This document shows positions 8,645 through 18,934 of a DNA stretch of 64,000 bases, piece after piece (the stretch's first letter is position 1; each line of letters starts with the position of its first letter). A model generated the notes under the pieces. That model saw only the letters and a list, made by a program, of their open reading frames with translations, did no database searches and was not told the DNA's origin. The stretch spans positions 66 through 64,065 of the forward strand of contig JAAYVL010000121.1 in NCBI GenBank assembly GCA_012517205.1. Direction: 5' to 3'. The position numbers and the translations under genes are program-made. Source of the stretch: Verrucomicrobiota bacterium. Its GTDB lineage: Bacteria > Verrucomicrobiota > Verrucomicrobiia > Limisphaerales > UBA8199.

Positions 8645-9955
8645 ATGCCAATGCGGGCTGGTTCCAGTTTGTGCTTGGGCAGGCGGCGTTCGTTATGGCT
8701 AAATCCCGTTGTGCGGCGCAGCACCAAATACCGGCGGTCGCGGTCAAAAGGGAAACCGCGGCGCGGATTTTTATGGCTGCTGATACTGGCCGGACTCGCA
8801 ATCGCAGCCGGCTGGATGTGGTGGCAGGCGCGCCCCGGCCGCCCGCCCGCGCCCCGGCCCAGGCCCGCCCCCGTGGCCGTGACGTCCCCGGCCGCCGTTC
8901 AATCCCAATCAACCCAGGCCGTGGTTCAGCCCAAACCGGCGCCGGTGGCGGTCCCTTTCCCCGCAGCACCGACACAGGCGCCGCCTCCCGCGCCGGTGCC
9001 GCCACCGCCCCCCGCTCCGCCGCCGGTGGAAACGGCTCCCGCACCCCCGGTGATTCCCCCGCCTCCGTTGGAGCCAGCGACGCACGCGGCCTTCCCCCGC
9101 CCGGTGCAAGACATATTTGAGGCCCAGCTCGCGTTGGCGCGCCTGGGCATTTCCGCCGGTTCGCTGGACGGCCTCATGGGGCCGCAAACGCGCGCCGCGC
9201 TGCGCGCCTTTCAGTTTCACAAGGAGAACCTTCCCGCCTCGGGTGAACTGGACCCGGCCACCCGGACGCGACTGCAACTCGCCGCCCCACCCTATACCAA
9301 CTATACCATCACCCCCGATGATGTGGCGCGGCTGCAGCCGTTAAGCAGCACCTGGCTCGGCAAATCCCGGCAAACGGCGCTCGACTACGAGACGCTCCTG
9401 GAATTGGTCGCCGAAAAGAGCCACGCCCATCCCCGGCTCATCCGGCAGCTCAACCCGGCGGTTGACTGGAGCCGCCTGGGCGCGGGCGCGGTGGTGCGGC
9501 TGCCGGATATTGCCTATCCTGACCGGGCCACGAAGGCCGCCTTTGCCACGATCAGCCTGGCCGGTAAAACCCTCGAAGCCTTTGACGCCCGCTCCAACCT
9601 GCTCGTGCATTTCCCGTGCAGCATCGCGCAGCGCGTCGAAAAGCGGCCGGTCGGGGAGTTGCGCGTCGTGGCCATAGCCCCCAACCCGAACTACACCTTC
9701 AACCCGGACGTGTTCCCGGAATCCGCCGAAGCGCGCGGGCTGAAGACCCGGCTCATCCTGCCGCCCGGCCCCAATAACCCGGTCGGGGTGGCCTGGATCA
9801 GCCTGGACCGCCCGGGCTACGGCATCCACGGCACTCCCAGTCCGGAGCAAGTGGGCCGGACCGAATCGCACGGCTGCTTCCGGCTGGCAAACTGGAATGC
9901 CGATTACCTCCTCCGGCTGGTTTGGGTCGGAATGCCGGTGTTGGTAGAGCCTTGA
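8645..9955 (+). CDS. L,D-transpeptidase (YkuD domain) with peptidoglycan-binding domain
   Basis: PG-binding repeat LDGLMGPQTRAALRAFQ and YkuD catalytic motif HGTPSPEQVGRTESHGCFRLANWN. There is an N-terminal TM helix (FLWLLILAGLAIAAGWMWW) and a Pro/Ala-rich linker of about 90 aa. The start is uncertain: ATG 8645, ATG 8651 or GTG 8711. Confidence 0.85.
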   Translation: MPMRAGSSLCLGRRRSLWLNPVVRRSTKYRRSRSKGKPRRGFLWLLILAGLAIAAGWMWWQARPGRPPAPRPRPAPVAVTSPAAVQSQSTQAVVQPKPAPVAVPFPAAPTQAPPPAPVPPPPPAPPPVETAPAPPVIPPPPLEPATHAAFPRPVQDIFEAQLALARLGISAGSLDGLMGPQTRAALRAFQFHKENLPASGELDPATRTRLQLAAPPYTNYTITPDDVARLQPLSSTWLGKSRQTALDYETLLELVAEKSHAHPRLIRQLNPAVDWSRLGAGAVVRLPDIAYPDRATKAAFATISLAGKTLEAFDARSNLLVHFPCSIAQRVEKRPVGELRVVAIAPNPNYTFNPDVFPESAEARGLKTRLILPPGPNNPVGVAWISLDRPGYGIHGTPSPEQVGRTESHGCFRLANWNADYLLRLVWVGMPVLVEP

Positions 9956-10015
9956 CGTTGCCGAGTGCGCCGGGCGGAAGCGCGGGTGGTTTTCGCCCGG
10001 CTTGCCGCTGCGGAA

Positions 10016-13000
10016 TTAGACGCCCGGACGCTTCGGATACGCCGGGCGCTTAATCTCAGCCGGAGGATGTTTGCGCAACTGTTTCATTAACTCCGCCACG
10101 GCGCGTTCGAGCTGGGGATCCGCGCCGCGCGCCATGGCGGCGGGGTCGTCCACGACCTCGATATCCGGTTCCACCCCGTGGCCTTCGATGATCCACTGGC
10201 TATTGGTGCTGTAAATGGCAAAGGCCGGCACGGTCACGCTCCCGCCATCCACCAGCCGCGGTGAGCCGGTGATGCCGATGAGCCCGCCCCAGGTCCGCAT
10301 GCCGATCAACAATCCCAGCCCGGATTGTTTGAAGTAGAACGGAAAGCAGTCGCCGCCCGAGCCGCTCCAGCCGTTGATGAGCATCGCCTTGGGGCCCAGG
10401 TGCGTGACGAACGGCGTAGTCAGGTCCCGGCCGTCGCGCACGGCCCAGAGATTGCGCAGCGGCCGATCGAGCAATTCGATGAAGCGGTGGGGAATCTGGC
10501 CGCCGCTGTTGAAACGCTCGTCAATAAGCAGGCCGGGTTTCCGGACCTGCGCGCGCCACATGCGCACGAGCTCGTTTTGGCCATTCTGGCTGGTATCGGG
10601 CACATAGACGTAGCCGAGTTGTCCGCCGCTGAGTTGCTCGACGCGGCGCCGGTTCTCCTCGATCCAGGCCAGGTTGCGCAACCGTTCCTCGCTGCTCAAG
10701 GTGTGAACCAGGACCTCGCGGGCGCCGGCCAGGACCGGCTGGTCATTGACCGTCAGCAATACCGGCTTGTCCCCCAGCCCCTGAAAAGCCGCCCAGGGGT
10801 CCTCCCGAACATCCAGCGGCTCGCCGTTGACGGCGAGCAGGTAGTCGCCCTCATGCACGTTGGTGACCGCGGGCGGCAGCAACGGCGAGCGCACTTCACA
10901 GTCCCAGTCCGCCGCCCGGAGGATGCGCTGGATGCGATAGGCGCCGTTTTCGAGCGCGAAATCGCACCCCAGGTAGCCCACGCCCACCGAGCGGCCGGTC
11001 TCGAGGTCGCCGCCGCCGCGATACGTATGCGACGCGTTCAGCTCTGCGATAAGTTCTCCGAGCACGTAGTTGACATCCCAGCGCGTGACGGCGTCGTCGA
11101 GCAACCGCCCATAGCGCTGGTACATGGCGTTCCAATCCACCCCATGCATGCCCGGGTCGTAAAAGTAATCGCGCTCGATGCGCCAGGCGTCGGCGAAGAT
11201 TTGCCGCCACTCAGCGACCGGATCAATCACCGCCTCGAACCCGCCCGTCTTGAGCTTCTTATCCAGCTTCTGCCCCTCCTTGGGCTCGAGGATGGCGTAG
11301 TCGCCGCCTTTGCGCACCAGCAGCTTCTCCCGCCCGGCGGACAGCTCGAAGAAATCCGCATCCTCGACCACGATCTTCTCTTCGCGCTTCTCCAAGTCGT
11401 AGAAGGCGATGGGCTTCTTTTCCTCGCCCGCGCCCACGCGCGGACGGCGGTGAAAGAGCAGCTTGCCGGGGACCGCTGCAAGGGCGCCAAAGCGCCCGGC
11501 CTTGGGCGGCAGAATCACCACACGCTGCTCAAAGCCCGCCACCGTAATTTCCACCGGCTTGGGCTTCTCCTCCTTCTTCTTGCTGTCCTTGCCTGGCTCC
11601 TTCTTCGGGTCATCGTCCTTCTTGTCTTTGGCCGGGGCGTCCTCGGCGTCGTTGCGCGGCGCGAGCGGAGAGAGCACATCCGGACGCAGCGGCACCGCGG
11701 CCAGCACGGCCGTATTGGCATAAATCCAAGTCTCATCCACCTCGCTGTAGCTGGGGGCGAAAGTGCGGCCCGTGCGGAAGAACAGGTATTTGCCGTCGGG
11801 ATCGAAGACCGGCGTTTCGTCATTATAGAACCCCGAGGTGACCTGATGCAGCGCGTTGGATTTGCAATCGTAAAGGGCGATGCCCGAGTTGCCGTTGTCC
11901 AGGTCCTGCGCCCAAGCCAGCCAGCGGCTGTCCGCCGACCAACTCACTCGGAACTCGCTTAACTGGTTGTGGTGCAGCCATAGCTGGCGGCTGATCACCT
12001 GGTTCGTCCGGGCCTCGAAGTCAAACAGGTTCAGGCCCAACGCCTTATCTATGAAGGCGATGCGCTTGCTGTCGGGGGACCATTGCGGAAAGTAGCGATA
12101 GCCCGGGCCCAGCCGCGTGAGGGTTTGCTCGCCAAGCTGGTTGGTGCCGGGGGCGGTTTCCGCGCGGCGCACCGTCAGCTCATATTCACCGGTGCGGTCG
12201 CTAAAACAGGCGATCCACTTGCCATCCGGCGACCACGCGGGATACCGCTCGGCGATGCCCGAAGTGCGGGTGAGGTTCAGCACCGGCCCGTGCTCGGCCG
12301 GGACCGAGAAAATATCCCCGCGCGCCTCGAATAGCGCCCGCTTGCCGCCCGGCGAAATCGTCGCGCTCAAGATCTGGCTGGCAACATTTTGGCGGCGCGG
12401 CTTCAGCGTCGCCCGATCCGTGACCACGCGGATTTCCACTTCGTGGTACTTCTCCGTCCGCAGGTCCAGCAGGTAAAGCCGGCCCGCGTTTTCAAACACA
12501 ATGTCCTCCGGCCCAATGCTGGGGAAATGCACGTCGAACTCCCGAAAGAAGGTCACCTGCCGGAAGCGGTTATGCTTGAGGTCGCAGGCCCAGAGGTTGG
12601 CGCGCTTGTTGTCGTCGCGATCGGACAAAAAGTACAGCGTCTCGCCGTGCCACATGGGGACGGAGTCCGCGGCGGGCGACTGCGTCAGGTTACGGGCAGT
12701 GAGTTTCTCCAGGTCAAACAGCCAGATATCCGGGTTCATGCCACCGCGATAGCGTTTCCACGTGCGGAAATCCACGCTGATCGGCACGTAGGCCAGTAGC
12801 TTGCCATCAGGCGAAATCGCCCCGAACTCGCCATACGGCACCGGCAGTTTTACCGGCAACCCTCCCTGCGCCGACACGCGGTAGAGCTGGTTAAACCGGT
12901 TCTTGGGACTAGTCATCGAGGTCGCATAAAGAAGGCTCTGGCCATCCGGATACCACCCCAACATTCGATCCGGCGCGCCATGATGCGTAATCCGTTTGGG

Positions 13001-13321
13001 CAGCCCCCCCGCCACCGGCACGATGTAGATATCCTCGTTGCCGTCGTAGTCGCCCGTAAATGCGAGTTGCGATCCATCCGGCGAGAAGCGCGGAAAAGAT
13101 TCCTCACCCCGGGGCGAACTAATCCGCAGTGCCACCCCGCCCGCCTTGTCCACCAGCCAGATGTCGCCCGCATAAACAAAGGCGATCTGCGTGGCCGATA
13201 CCGCCGGCTGCCGCATCATGCGCGCGTCAATGTGCGCCGGAGCTGACGGCTGGGCGAACGCGGCCAGTTGGAGCAGCCCAACACTCGCCAGCGCAACAAG
13301 GCATGAAAGCAATCCGGTCAT
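10016..13321 (-). CDS. tricorn-protease-like peptidase (beta-propellers + PDZ + S41 domain)
   Basis: 1101 aa from ATG 13321, with signal peptide MTGLLSCLVALASVGLLQLAAFA. It has repeated TolB-like blades (FSPDGSQLAF, ISPDGKLLAY, WSPDGKWIAC, WSPDSKRIAF) and a C-terminal S41-like region (LLIDERFNSGGQ, INGWSGSGGDCFP). Confidence 0.85.
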   Translation of the reverse strand: MTGLLSCLVALASVGLLQLAAFAQPSAPAHIDARMMRQPAVSATQIAFVYAGDIWLVDKAGGVALRISSPRGEESFPRFSPDGSQLAFTGDYDGNEDIYIVPVAGGLPKRITHHGAPDRMLGWYPDGQSLLYATSMTSPKNRFNQLYRVSAQGGLPVKLPVPYGEFGAISPDGKLLAYVPISVDFRTWKRYRGGMNPDIWLFDLEKLTARNLTQSPAADSVPMWHGETLYFLSDRDDNKRANLWACDLKHNRFRQVTFFREFDVHFPSIGPEDIVFENAGRLYLLDLRTEKYHEVEIRVVTDRATLKPRRQNVASQILSATISPGGKRALFEARGDIFSVPAEHGPVLNLTRTSGIAERYPAWSPDGKWIACFSDRTGEYELTVRRAETAPGTNQLGEQTLTRLGPGYRYFPQWSPDSKRIAFIDKALGLNLFDFEARTNQVISRQLWLHHNQLSEFRVSWSADSRWLAWAQDLDNGNSGIALYDCKSNALHQVTSGFYNDETPVFDPDGKYLFFRTGRTFAPSYSEVDETWIYANTAVLAAVPLRPDVLSPLAPRNDAEDAPAKDKKDDDPKKEPGKDSKKKEEKPKPVEITVAGFEQRVVILPPKAGRFGALAAVPGKLLFHRRPRVGAGEEKKPIAFYDLEKREEKIVVEDADFFELSAGREKLLVRKGGDYAILEPKEGQKLDKKLKTGGFEAVIDPVAEWRQIFADAWRIERDYFYDPGMHGVDWNAMYQRYGRLLDDAVTRWDVNYVLGELIAELNASHTYRGGGDLETGRSVGVGYLGCDFALENGAYRIQRILRAADWDCEVRSPLLPPAVTNVHEGDYLLAVNGEPLDVREDPWAAFQGLGDKPVLLTVNDQPVLAGAREVLVHTLSSEERLRNLAWIEENRRRVEQLSGGQLGYVYVPDTSQNGQNELVRMWRAQVRKPGLLIDERFNSGGQIPHRFIELLDRPLRNLWAVRDGRDLTTPFVTHLGPKAMLINGWSGSGGDCFPFYFKQSGLGLLIGMRTWGGLIGITGSPRLVDGGSVTVPAFAIYSTNSQWIIEGHGVEPDIEVVDDPAAMARGADPQLERAVAELMKQLRKHPPAEIKRPAYPKRPGV

Positions 13322-13860
13322 GGCTCTATCCTGCATTATTTCCAGCACGGAGTCCATCCCGCGACGCGGCCGGATCCGGAGGCGAGTTCGGTTCTGCTTT
13401 ATCGCCTTGCCCGCTGGTTTTCCTGAGCCTATACGCAATTCGCCATCCGCTACCCTCAAGTGGAGAGAAGGCCATTCTCGATCACTCGCAGCACCTCGAC
13501 GACTCCGCATCGTGAATGCTATCGAATTGCGCCAGGCGCTGAACACTCTTTTATGATTCTCCACGCGATTTTCTGCTCAAAAACCACCTGCCTCGTCATA
13601 CTCGTCCCTCGTTTTTCTTACCCAGTCGTACCAGGGACGAACCTTGGACGCAGGAGAGATGGCTGCCATGGAGTGGATGCAGAGTGAAGCGGCAATAGTG
13701 CTGAAAAGTTGGAGAAAGAGAAACTTAACCAGAAAACTCCTCCCTTTTAAAGAACCGAGGGACGTTTGCGCCGTGATCGGCAGGTCTTATTTTCTAGACG
13801 ATTTAGGACTTTATGGTTACAGTACCGCGTCCTTGATCAGCCAAACATCCGGAGAACCTT

Positions 13861-14106
13861 ATGGAGAAATTCGAAAAAATTGTTGTGCTGGACAATGAAG
13901 TTCAAGCCGAGTTGGTAGGCAGCGTGTTGGAAGAACGAGACATTCCGCACCTGCTGCGCAGCTACCATGATTCCGCTTACGACGGGATATTTCAAACGCA
14001 GGCAGGTTGGGGACATATCGAAGCGCCCGCCTCCTTCCGGGATAAAATCCTGGCTGTGGTGGAGGATATCAAACGCCAGGCATCCTCGGATGCGAAGCCG
14101 GCGTAA
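13861..14106 (+). CDS. small DUF2007-like (putative signal-transducing) protein
   Basis: 81-aa ORF with a compact alpha/beta pattern. It is preceded by GGAGAACCTT-ATG and lies in a lower-GC intergenic context. The family call is tentative. Confidence 0.5.
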   Translation: MEKFEKIVVLDNEVQAELVGSVLEERDIPHLLRSYHDSAYDGIFQTQAGWGHIEAPASFRDKILAVVEDIKRQASSDAKPA

Positions 14107-14418
14107 GACGGATAGCCGTTCCCACTGCCACGGGTATGGATTACGGCGTTGCGCAGGGGGAAGTTCTGGACGCGCTCCGTGCCGACCGAGTGGCCAATCT
14201 TCATCCTTCCCGCTCCGAAGGAAACAGCCACCGGACAGCCCATACGGGCACGCGGCCTGTCGGCGTCTCCGTGTTTTCCCGCAAACCGCAATCCTTCCCG
14301 TGGCGTGCGATGCGAAAGAAGCAGGCTAAAGCCCCTTAGAAACCTGAAGATTATACGTGACGCAACCCGGGCCAGCCGCTATTTTCTCCCCGTTCCTTGT
14401 TGATAAACTGAATCTGAA

Positions 14419-15726
14419 ATGCCCATGCAAACGCGATTTGATCTGACACAAGCCGACATTCCCAAGGCCTGGTATAATCTGCTGGCCGACTTTCCGGAAC
14501 CCCTGCCGCCGCCGTTGCACCCCGGCACCCGACAACCGATTCCGCCCGAGGCGCTGGAAGCCATCTTCCCCCGGAACCTCATCCAGCAAGAGATGAGTCC
14601 CGAGCGTTGGCTGGAAGTGCCCGAACCCGTGCGCGACATTTATGCGCTGTGGCGTCCTACGCCCTTGCTGCGCGCCGTGCGCTTCGAGAAGGCACTCCAA
14701 ACCCCGGCGCATATTTATTACAAATACGAGGGCGCCAGCCCCGCCGGCAGCCATAAGGTCAACACTTCAGTCGCCCAGGCTTACTTCAATAAAGCCGCCG
14801 GCACTAAACGCCTGGCCACCGAAACCGGCGCTGGCCAATGGGGCGCGGCACTGTCCATGGCCTGCAAGCTGTTCGACCTGGAGTGCAATGTCTACATGGT
14901 CAAGGTCAGCTACCAGCACAAACCCTATCGCCGGATGCTGATGCACACCTGGGGCGCAACGGTTCATCCCAGCCCGAGCGATCAAACCGAGTTTGGCCGC
15001 AAGCTGCTGGCGGAAGATCCGCATTGTCCAGGCAGCCTGGGCATCGCCATCAGCGAGGCCATCGAGGACACCATCAAACATCCGCACACCAAGTATTCCT
15101 TGGGCAGCGTGCTGAACCATGTTTGCCTTCACCAGTCCGTCATTGGCCAGGAAGCCATTAAACAAATGGAACTGGCCGGCGAAGAGCCGGACGCCATCTT
15201 TGGCTGCTGCGGCGGCGGCAGCAACTTTGCCGGGCTGGCGTTTCCCTTCATCGGCCGGAAAATCACCCAGAAAAAGAACTACCGCATCGTCGGGGTGGAG
15301 CCCTCCGCCTGCCCGACGCTCACCAAAGGCGAGTTGCGCTACGACTTTGGTGACACCGCCGAAACGACGCCCCTGCTAATGATGTACACGCTGGGCCATA
15401 AATTCATGCCGCCCGCAATACATGCTGGTGGATTGCGCTACCACGGCATGGCGCCGATGATCAGTCATGCCGTCAAACTGGGTCTGATGGAAGCCGAGGC
15501 TTATCACCAGACTAAAGTGTTCGAGATGGGAACGCTCTTCGCGCAGACCGAAGGCCTGGTGCCCGCGCCGGAATCGGCCCACGCCATTGCGGCGGTGGCG
15601 GAAGAAGCCATTAAGGCCCGCGAGGCCGGGCGCAAGCGCGTCATCCTGTTTAATCTATCCGGCCACGGGCTGCTCGATCTAAGCGCCTACGAAACCTACC
15701 AAAGCGGCAAGCTGCAGGATGTTTAA
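14419..15726 (+). CDS. TrpB2-type tryptophan synthase beta-like PLP enzyme
   Basis: [18 protein letters not shown] (PLP lysine) and [16 protein letters not shown]. Length is 435 aa, and no trpA is adjacent. Confidence 0.9.
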   Translation: MPMQTRFDLTQADIPKAWYNLLADFPEPLPPPLHPGTRQPIPPEALEAIFPRNLIQQEMSPERWLEVPEPVRDIYALWRPTPLLRAVRFEKALQTPAHIYYKYEGASPAGSHKVNTSVAQAYFNKAAGTKRLATETGAGQWGAALSMACKLFDLECNVYMVKVSYQHKPYRRMLMHTWGATVHPSPSDQTEFGRKLLAEDPHCPGSLGIAISEAIEDTIKHPHTKYSLGSVLNHVCLHQSVIGQEAIKQMELAGEEPDAIFGCCGGGSNFAGLAFPFIGRKITQKKNYRIVGVEPSACPTLTKGELRYDFGDTAETTPLLMMYTLGHKFMPPAIHAGGLRYHGMAPMISHAVKLGLMEAEAYHQTKVFEMGTLFAQTEGLVPAPESAHAIAAVAEEAIKAREAGRKRVILFNLSGHGLLDLSAYETYQSGKLQDV

Positions 15727-15775
15727 CCACGCAACCTAAAACCAAAACACAGTCAACCAAACCATTACCCGAAGT

Positions 15776-16660
15776 ATGAGAACACAACTGACCAAATCAC
15801 TCGGCAGCCTGTTGATTGCAGGGCTGCTCACGCTCCCGGTATTCGTCCAAGCTCAACCCACGGCTCATTACGCGCCGGGACTGGAAGGCATCAAAGCGGC
15901 CACGCTGCCCCCGCCTGGCCTTTGGCTGCGCGACTATAACTGGTTTTATTATGCCGACCAGGTGAACAACCGCCATGGGCGTAAGATTAGTGCGGCGGAT
16001 GCGGAGGCATTCGTTTATGTCAACGCGCCGCGATTGCTGTGGATTACCGAGGGGCAGCCGCTGGGCGGCTACTTGGGCTTGGATGCACTGCTGCCGTTGA
16101 AATACACGTGGATCAAGGATGTGGATCAAACCTTTGGCATCGGAGATTTCTTCTTTGAGGGCACCTGGTCGTGGCATTTGCAGCAGTGGGATTTTGCCCT
16201 GGCCGCAGGCATTTGGGCGCCGACGGGTGATTTCTCGAAGTCGGACCCGACCTGGGCAGGCAGTGGCTACTGGGGGGAAATGCTCACCGCCGGCGCGACG
16301 TGGTATCCGGACCAGGAGAAGCGCTGGGCATTTTCGGTGCTCAACCGCTACGAGTTCAACCAAAAGCAGCGGAAAACCCATATCACTCCCGGCCAGGCCT
16401 ACACGGTTGAAGGCGGCTTGAGCTACGGCCTCTCGAAGACTGTGGATGTCGGCGCCGTTGGCTACTATCAGCAGCAGGTCACGTCCGATACCCACGGTTC
16501 GGCAAAAGATCGCGACCGCGTGGCGGGCATCGGACCGGAAATCAACGCCTTCTTCCCCGAGATCACGCTGGGCATCTCTTTGCGCTACGTTTATGAGTTC
16601 ATGGCCGAGAGCCGCCTGCAAGGGCATACTTTTGCCCTGACTCTGACCAAGCAACTGTAA
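15776..16660 (+). CDS. outer-membrane beta-barrel transporter (MetA-pathway/PF13557-like)
   Basis: Signal peptide ending VFVQA-QP, then an N-terminal HYAPGLEGIKAATLPPPGLWLRDYNWFYY segment. The rest shows an alternating, Gly/Tyr/Trp-rich strand pattern. Confidence 0.6.
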   Translation: MRTQLTKSLGSLLIAGLLTLPVFVQAQPTAHYAPGLEGIKAATLPPPGLWLRDYNWFYYADQVNNRHGRKISAADAEAFVYVNAPRLLWITEGQPLGGYLGLDALLPLKYTWIKDVDQTFGIGDFFFEGTWSWHLQQWDFALAAGIWAPTGDFSKSDPTWAGSGYWGEMLTAGATWYPDQEKRWAFSVLNRYEFNQKQRKTHITPGQAYTVEGGLSYGLSKTVDVGAVGYYQQQVTSDTHGSAKDRDRVAGIGPEINAFFPEITLGISLRYVYEFMAESRLQGHTFALTLTKQL

Positions 16661-16808
16661 AGCCCGCGCGTAAAAAAGCGCCCTTTTCGATCACCCGCCG
16701 GCCTGCGTGGCACGGGTTGGCGGAGCCGGGGTCGCTCGTCGGCCCGCGCGTCGGCTGAACGCTGTCGGGGCAGCCAAATTCCGTCGGCTGGACACAGAAA
16801 GACGCCTT

Positions 16809-17834
16809 ATGACAGACCAACAATGGAACGAGCTGCTGGCGGCTATTGCGGGCAAGACCCAGGCCAAGCCTCCCGTAGGGTTCATTATTGATTCGCCGTG
16901 GCTGCCTAACTGGTATGGGGTGGACATCCAGGACTATCTCACCAGCGACGCCCTGTGGTTCGACGCCAACCTAAAGGCCATCGAAACCTTCCCGGAGGTT
17001 ATTTTCCTGCCCGGGTTCTGGTCGGAGTTCGGCATGTGCACCGAACCTTCAGCTTTTGGTGCCAAGTGTATCTTTCCCCGGAATGAGTTCCCCTTCGCGG
17101 ATAAAATCATTAGCGACGTCGCGCAAATAGGCGACCTGTCCGAGCCGAACCCCGCCACCGACGGACTGCTGCCCTTTATGCTTAACCGTCTGAAAGGCGC
17201 GCGCGCTCGCCTCGAGGATATCGGCCACAAAATTCGCTTCTCAGTTTCGCGTGGCCCGCTCAACATAGCCACCTTCCTGATGGGCACCACGGAGTTCCTG
17301 ATGGCGCTTAAAACCGACCCGGGCCCGGCGCATAAACTGCTGCGCACGATCACGCAGTTCCTCAAGAAATGGCACGCGCTCCAACGCGCGACTTTCCCCT
17401 CCATTGACGGCATCTTCCTGCTGGATGACATCGTCGGTTTTATTGGCGAGGATGACTTCAAGGAGTTCGCCCGCCCCTGTTTTGCGGAGTTGTATGCTGG
17501 CGACGAAGCGGTCAAGTTCTTCCATAACGACGCCGCCTGCGCCAAGTCCATCGCCTACTACGCCGACCTAGGCATCAACCTCTACAACCCGGGCATCTTC
17601 AACACGCTCGCCGAGTTGCGGCAGTTATCCGGCCATCGCCTCACGATCCTGGGCAATATCCCCCCTCGCGATGTGCTGGCTCGGGGAACTCCCGCCGAAG
17701 TGCAGGCCGCCGTGCAGCGACTGCGGGCAGAGACCCCCGACCTGTCCCGGCTTATCCTCTCTTGCGCTGGCGGAATGCCGCCAGGCGCAAGCACAGAGAA
17801 CCTCAAGGCGTTTATTGCCGCCGCCCGCGGTTAA
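16809..17834 (+). CDS. uroporphyrinogen decarboxylase (URO-D) family protein
   Basis: ATG 16809 (MTDQQWNELL...), 341 aa, with URO-D/MtaA-like layout. By context it is probably not hemE. Its stop overlaps the stop of the convergent fba gene. Confidence 0.65.
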   Translation: MTDQQWNELLAAIAGKTQAKPPVGFIIDSPWLPNWYGVDIQDYLTSDALWFDANLKAIETFPEVIFLPGFWSEFGMCTEPSAFGAKCIFPRNEFPFADKIISDVAQIGDLSEPNPATDGLLPFMLNRLKGARARLEDIGHKIRFSVSRGPLNIATFLMGTTEFLMALKTDPGPAHKLLRTITQFLKKWHALQRATFPSIDGIFLLDDIVGFIGEDDFKEFARPCFAELYAGDEAVKFFHNDAACAKSIAYYADLGINLYNPGIFNTLAELRQLSGHRLTILGNIPPRDVLARGTPAEVQAAVQRLRAETPDLSRLILSCAGGMPPGASTENLKAFIAAARG

Positions 17835-18790
17835 GCCGCCGACTTCGGCAAGGCGGCGCGAACGGCCGCGAGTTGTCCGGCCGAGCCGAGCAATTGGTTG
17901 CGGCTGGCGATAAACTTGCTGTATTCTTCCATGAAGACCTTGCCCGGCGGGCGGAAATCAAACTCCGCCGGCTTGTCGCGGAAGAACTCGCGATGCACGC
18001 GGGTCCAGACCAGGCGGCCGTCGGTATCAATGTTGATCTTGGCAACCCCGAGCCGGGCCGCCGGGAGGTATTCGTTGGGGTCCACGCCCATGGAACCGGC
18101 AATCTGGCCGCCGGCGGCATTGATACGATCCACCTCAGTCTTGGGCACGCTGGAACTGCCGTGCATCACCAGAGGGAAGCCGGGCAACCGATCCTTGATC
18201 TTCTGCAGCACGTCAAAGTGGAGGGATTGCTTGCCCTTGAACTTGAAGGCGCCGTGGCTGGTGCCGATGGCGCAGGCCAGCGAATCGCAGCCGGTTTGCT
18301 GGACAAAGCGCTCGGCCTCGGCGGGATCCGTCAGACAGGCGTTGCCTTCCTCAACCTTGATGTCCTCCTCGACACCCCCCAGCATACCCAGTTCAGCCTC
18401 GACACTAATGCCCTTGGCATGGGCGCGATCCACTACGCGCTTGGTAATGGCAACATTCTGCTCGAACGGCTCGTGCGAGGCGTCAATCATCACGGAGCTG
18501 TAAAAGCCCGAGTCAATGCAGTCGTAGCAGGTCTCCTCATCGCCGTGGTCCAGGTGCACGGCAAAGATGGCTTCCGGAAAGATTTCGTCGGCGGCGCGAA
18601 TAATGGCCTCCAGCATGCGCTTGTCAGTGTACTTCCGGGCGCCTTTGGAAATCTGGATGATAAACGGGGCCTGGCTGGCAAGGCAGCCCCGGAACAGGCC
18701 CATCGCCTGCTCGGCGTTGTTGATGTTGTAGGCGCCGATCGCGTATTTGCCATAGGCGACCTGAAACAATTGCTTGGTCGTGACGATCAT
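17831..18790 (-). CDS. fba: fructose-bisphosphate aldolase, class II
   Basis: MIVTTKQLFQVAYGKYAIGAYNINNAEQ, FAVHLDHGD, EAELGMLGG and VMHGSSSVP. Start is ATG 18790. Confidence 0.9.
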   Translation of the reverse strand: MIVTTKQLFQVAYGKYAIGAYNINNAEQAMGLFRGCLASQAPFIIQISKGARKYTDKRMLEAIIRAADEIFPEAIFAVHLDHGDEETCYDCIDSGFYSSVMIDASHEPFEQNVAITKRVVDRAHAKGISVEAELGMLGGVEEDIKVEEGNACLTDPAEAERFVQQTGCDSLACAIGTSHGAFKFKGKQSLHFDVLQKIKDRLPGFPLVMHGSSSVPKTEVDRINAAGGQIAGSMGVDPNEYLPAARLGVAKINIDTDGRLVWTRVHREFFRDKPAEFDFRPPGKVFMEEYSKFIASRNQLLGSAGQLAAVRAALPKSAA

Positions 18791-18934
18791 ATGGTATCTC
18801 TTTTTTTGAGGGGCAAGGATGCCGGGTTCCGCGGGCAAATGCAATCACGCCGTGCGAAAATCTGCGGAGGCGCCCTGGTCGAGTGCCGAGGCTTCCCAGG
18901 TGTCGGCCCAGCGGACCGGAGCGCCCGCGCTCGT

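Noticed and set aside
10325-11962. 545-aa ORF antisense to the tricorn-like protease
   Set aside because: It is the shadow frame of a well-supported 1101-aa gene and has no motifs.
14200-14260. SRP (4.5S) RNA-like motif CCGAAGGAAACAGCC upstream of the TrpB2 gene
   Set aside because: It resembles the domain IV 3' strand (GGAAGCAGCC). The required complementary 5' strand (GG-rich, GGUCAGGUCC-like) is absent on either strand, and the apical loop is not a GNRA/GGAA tetraloop.
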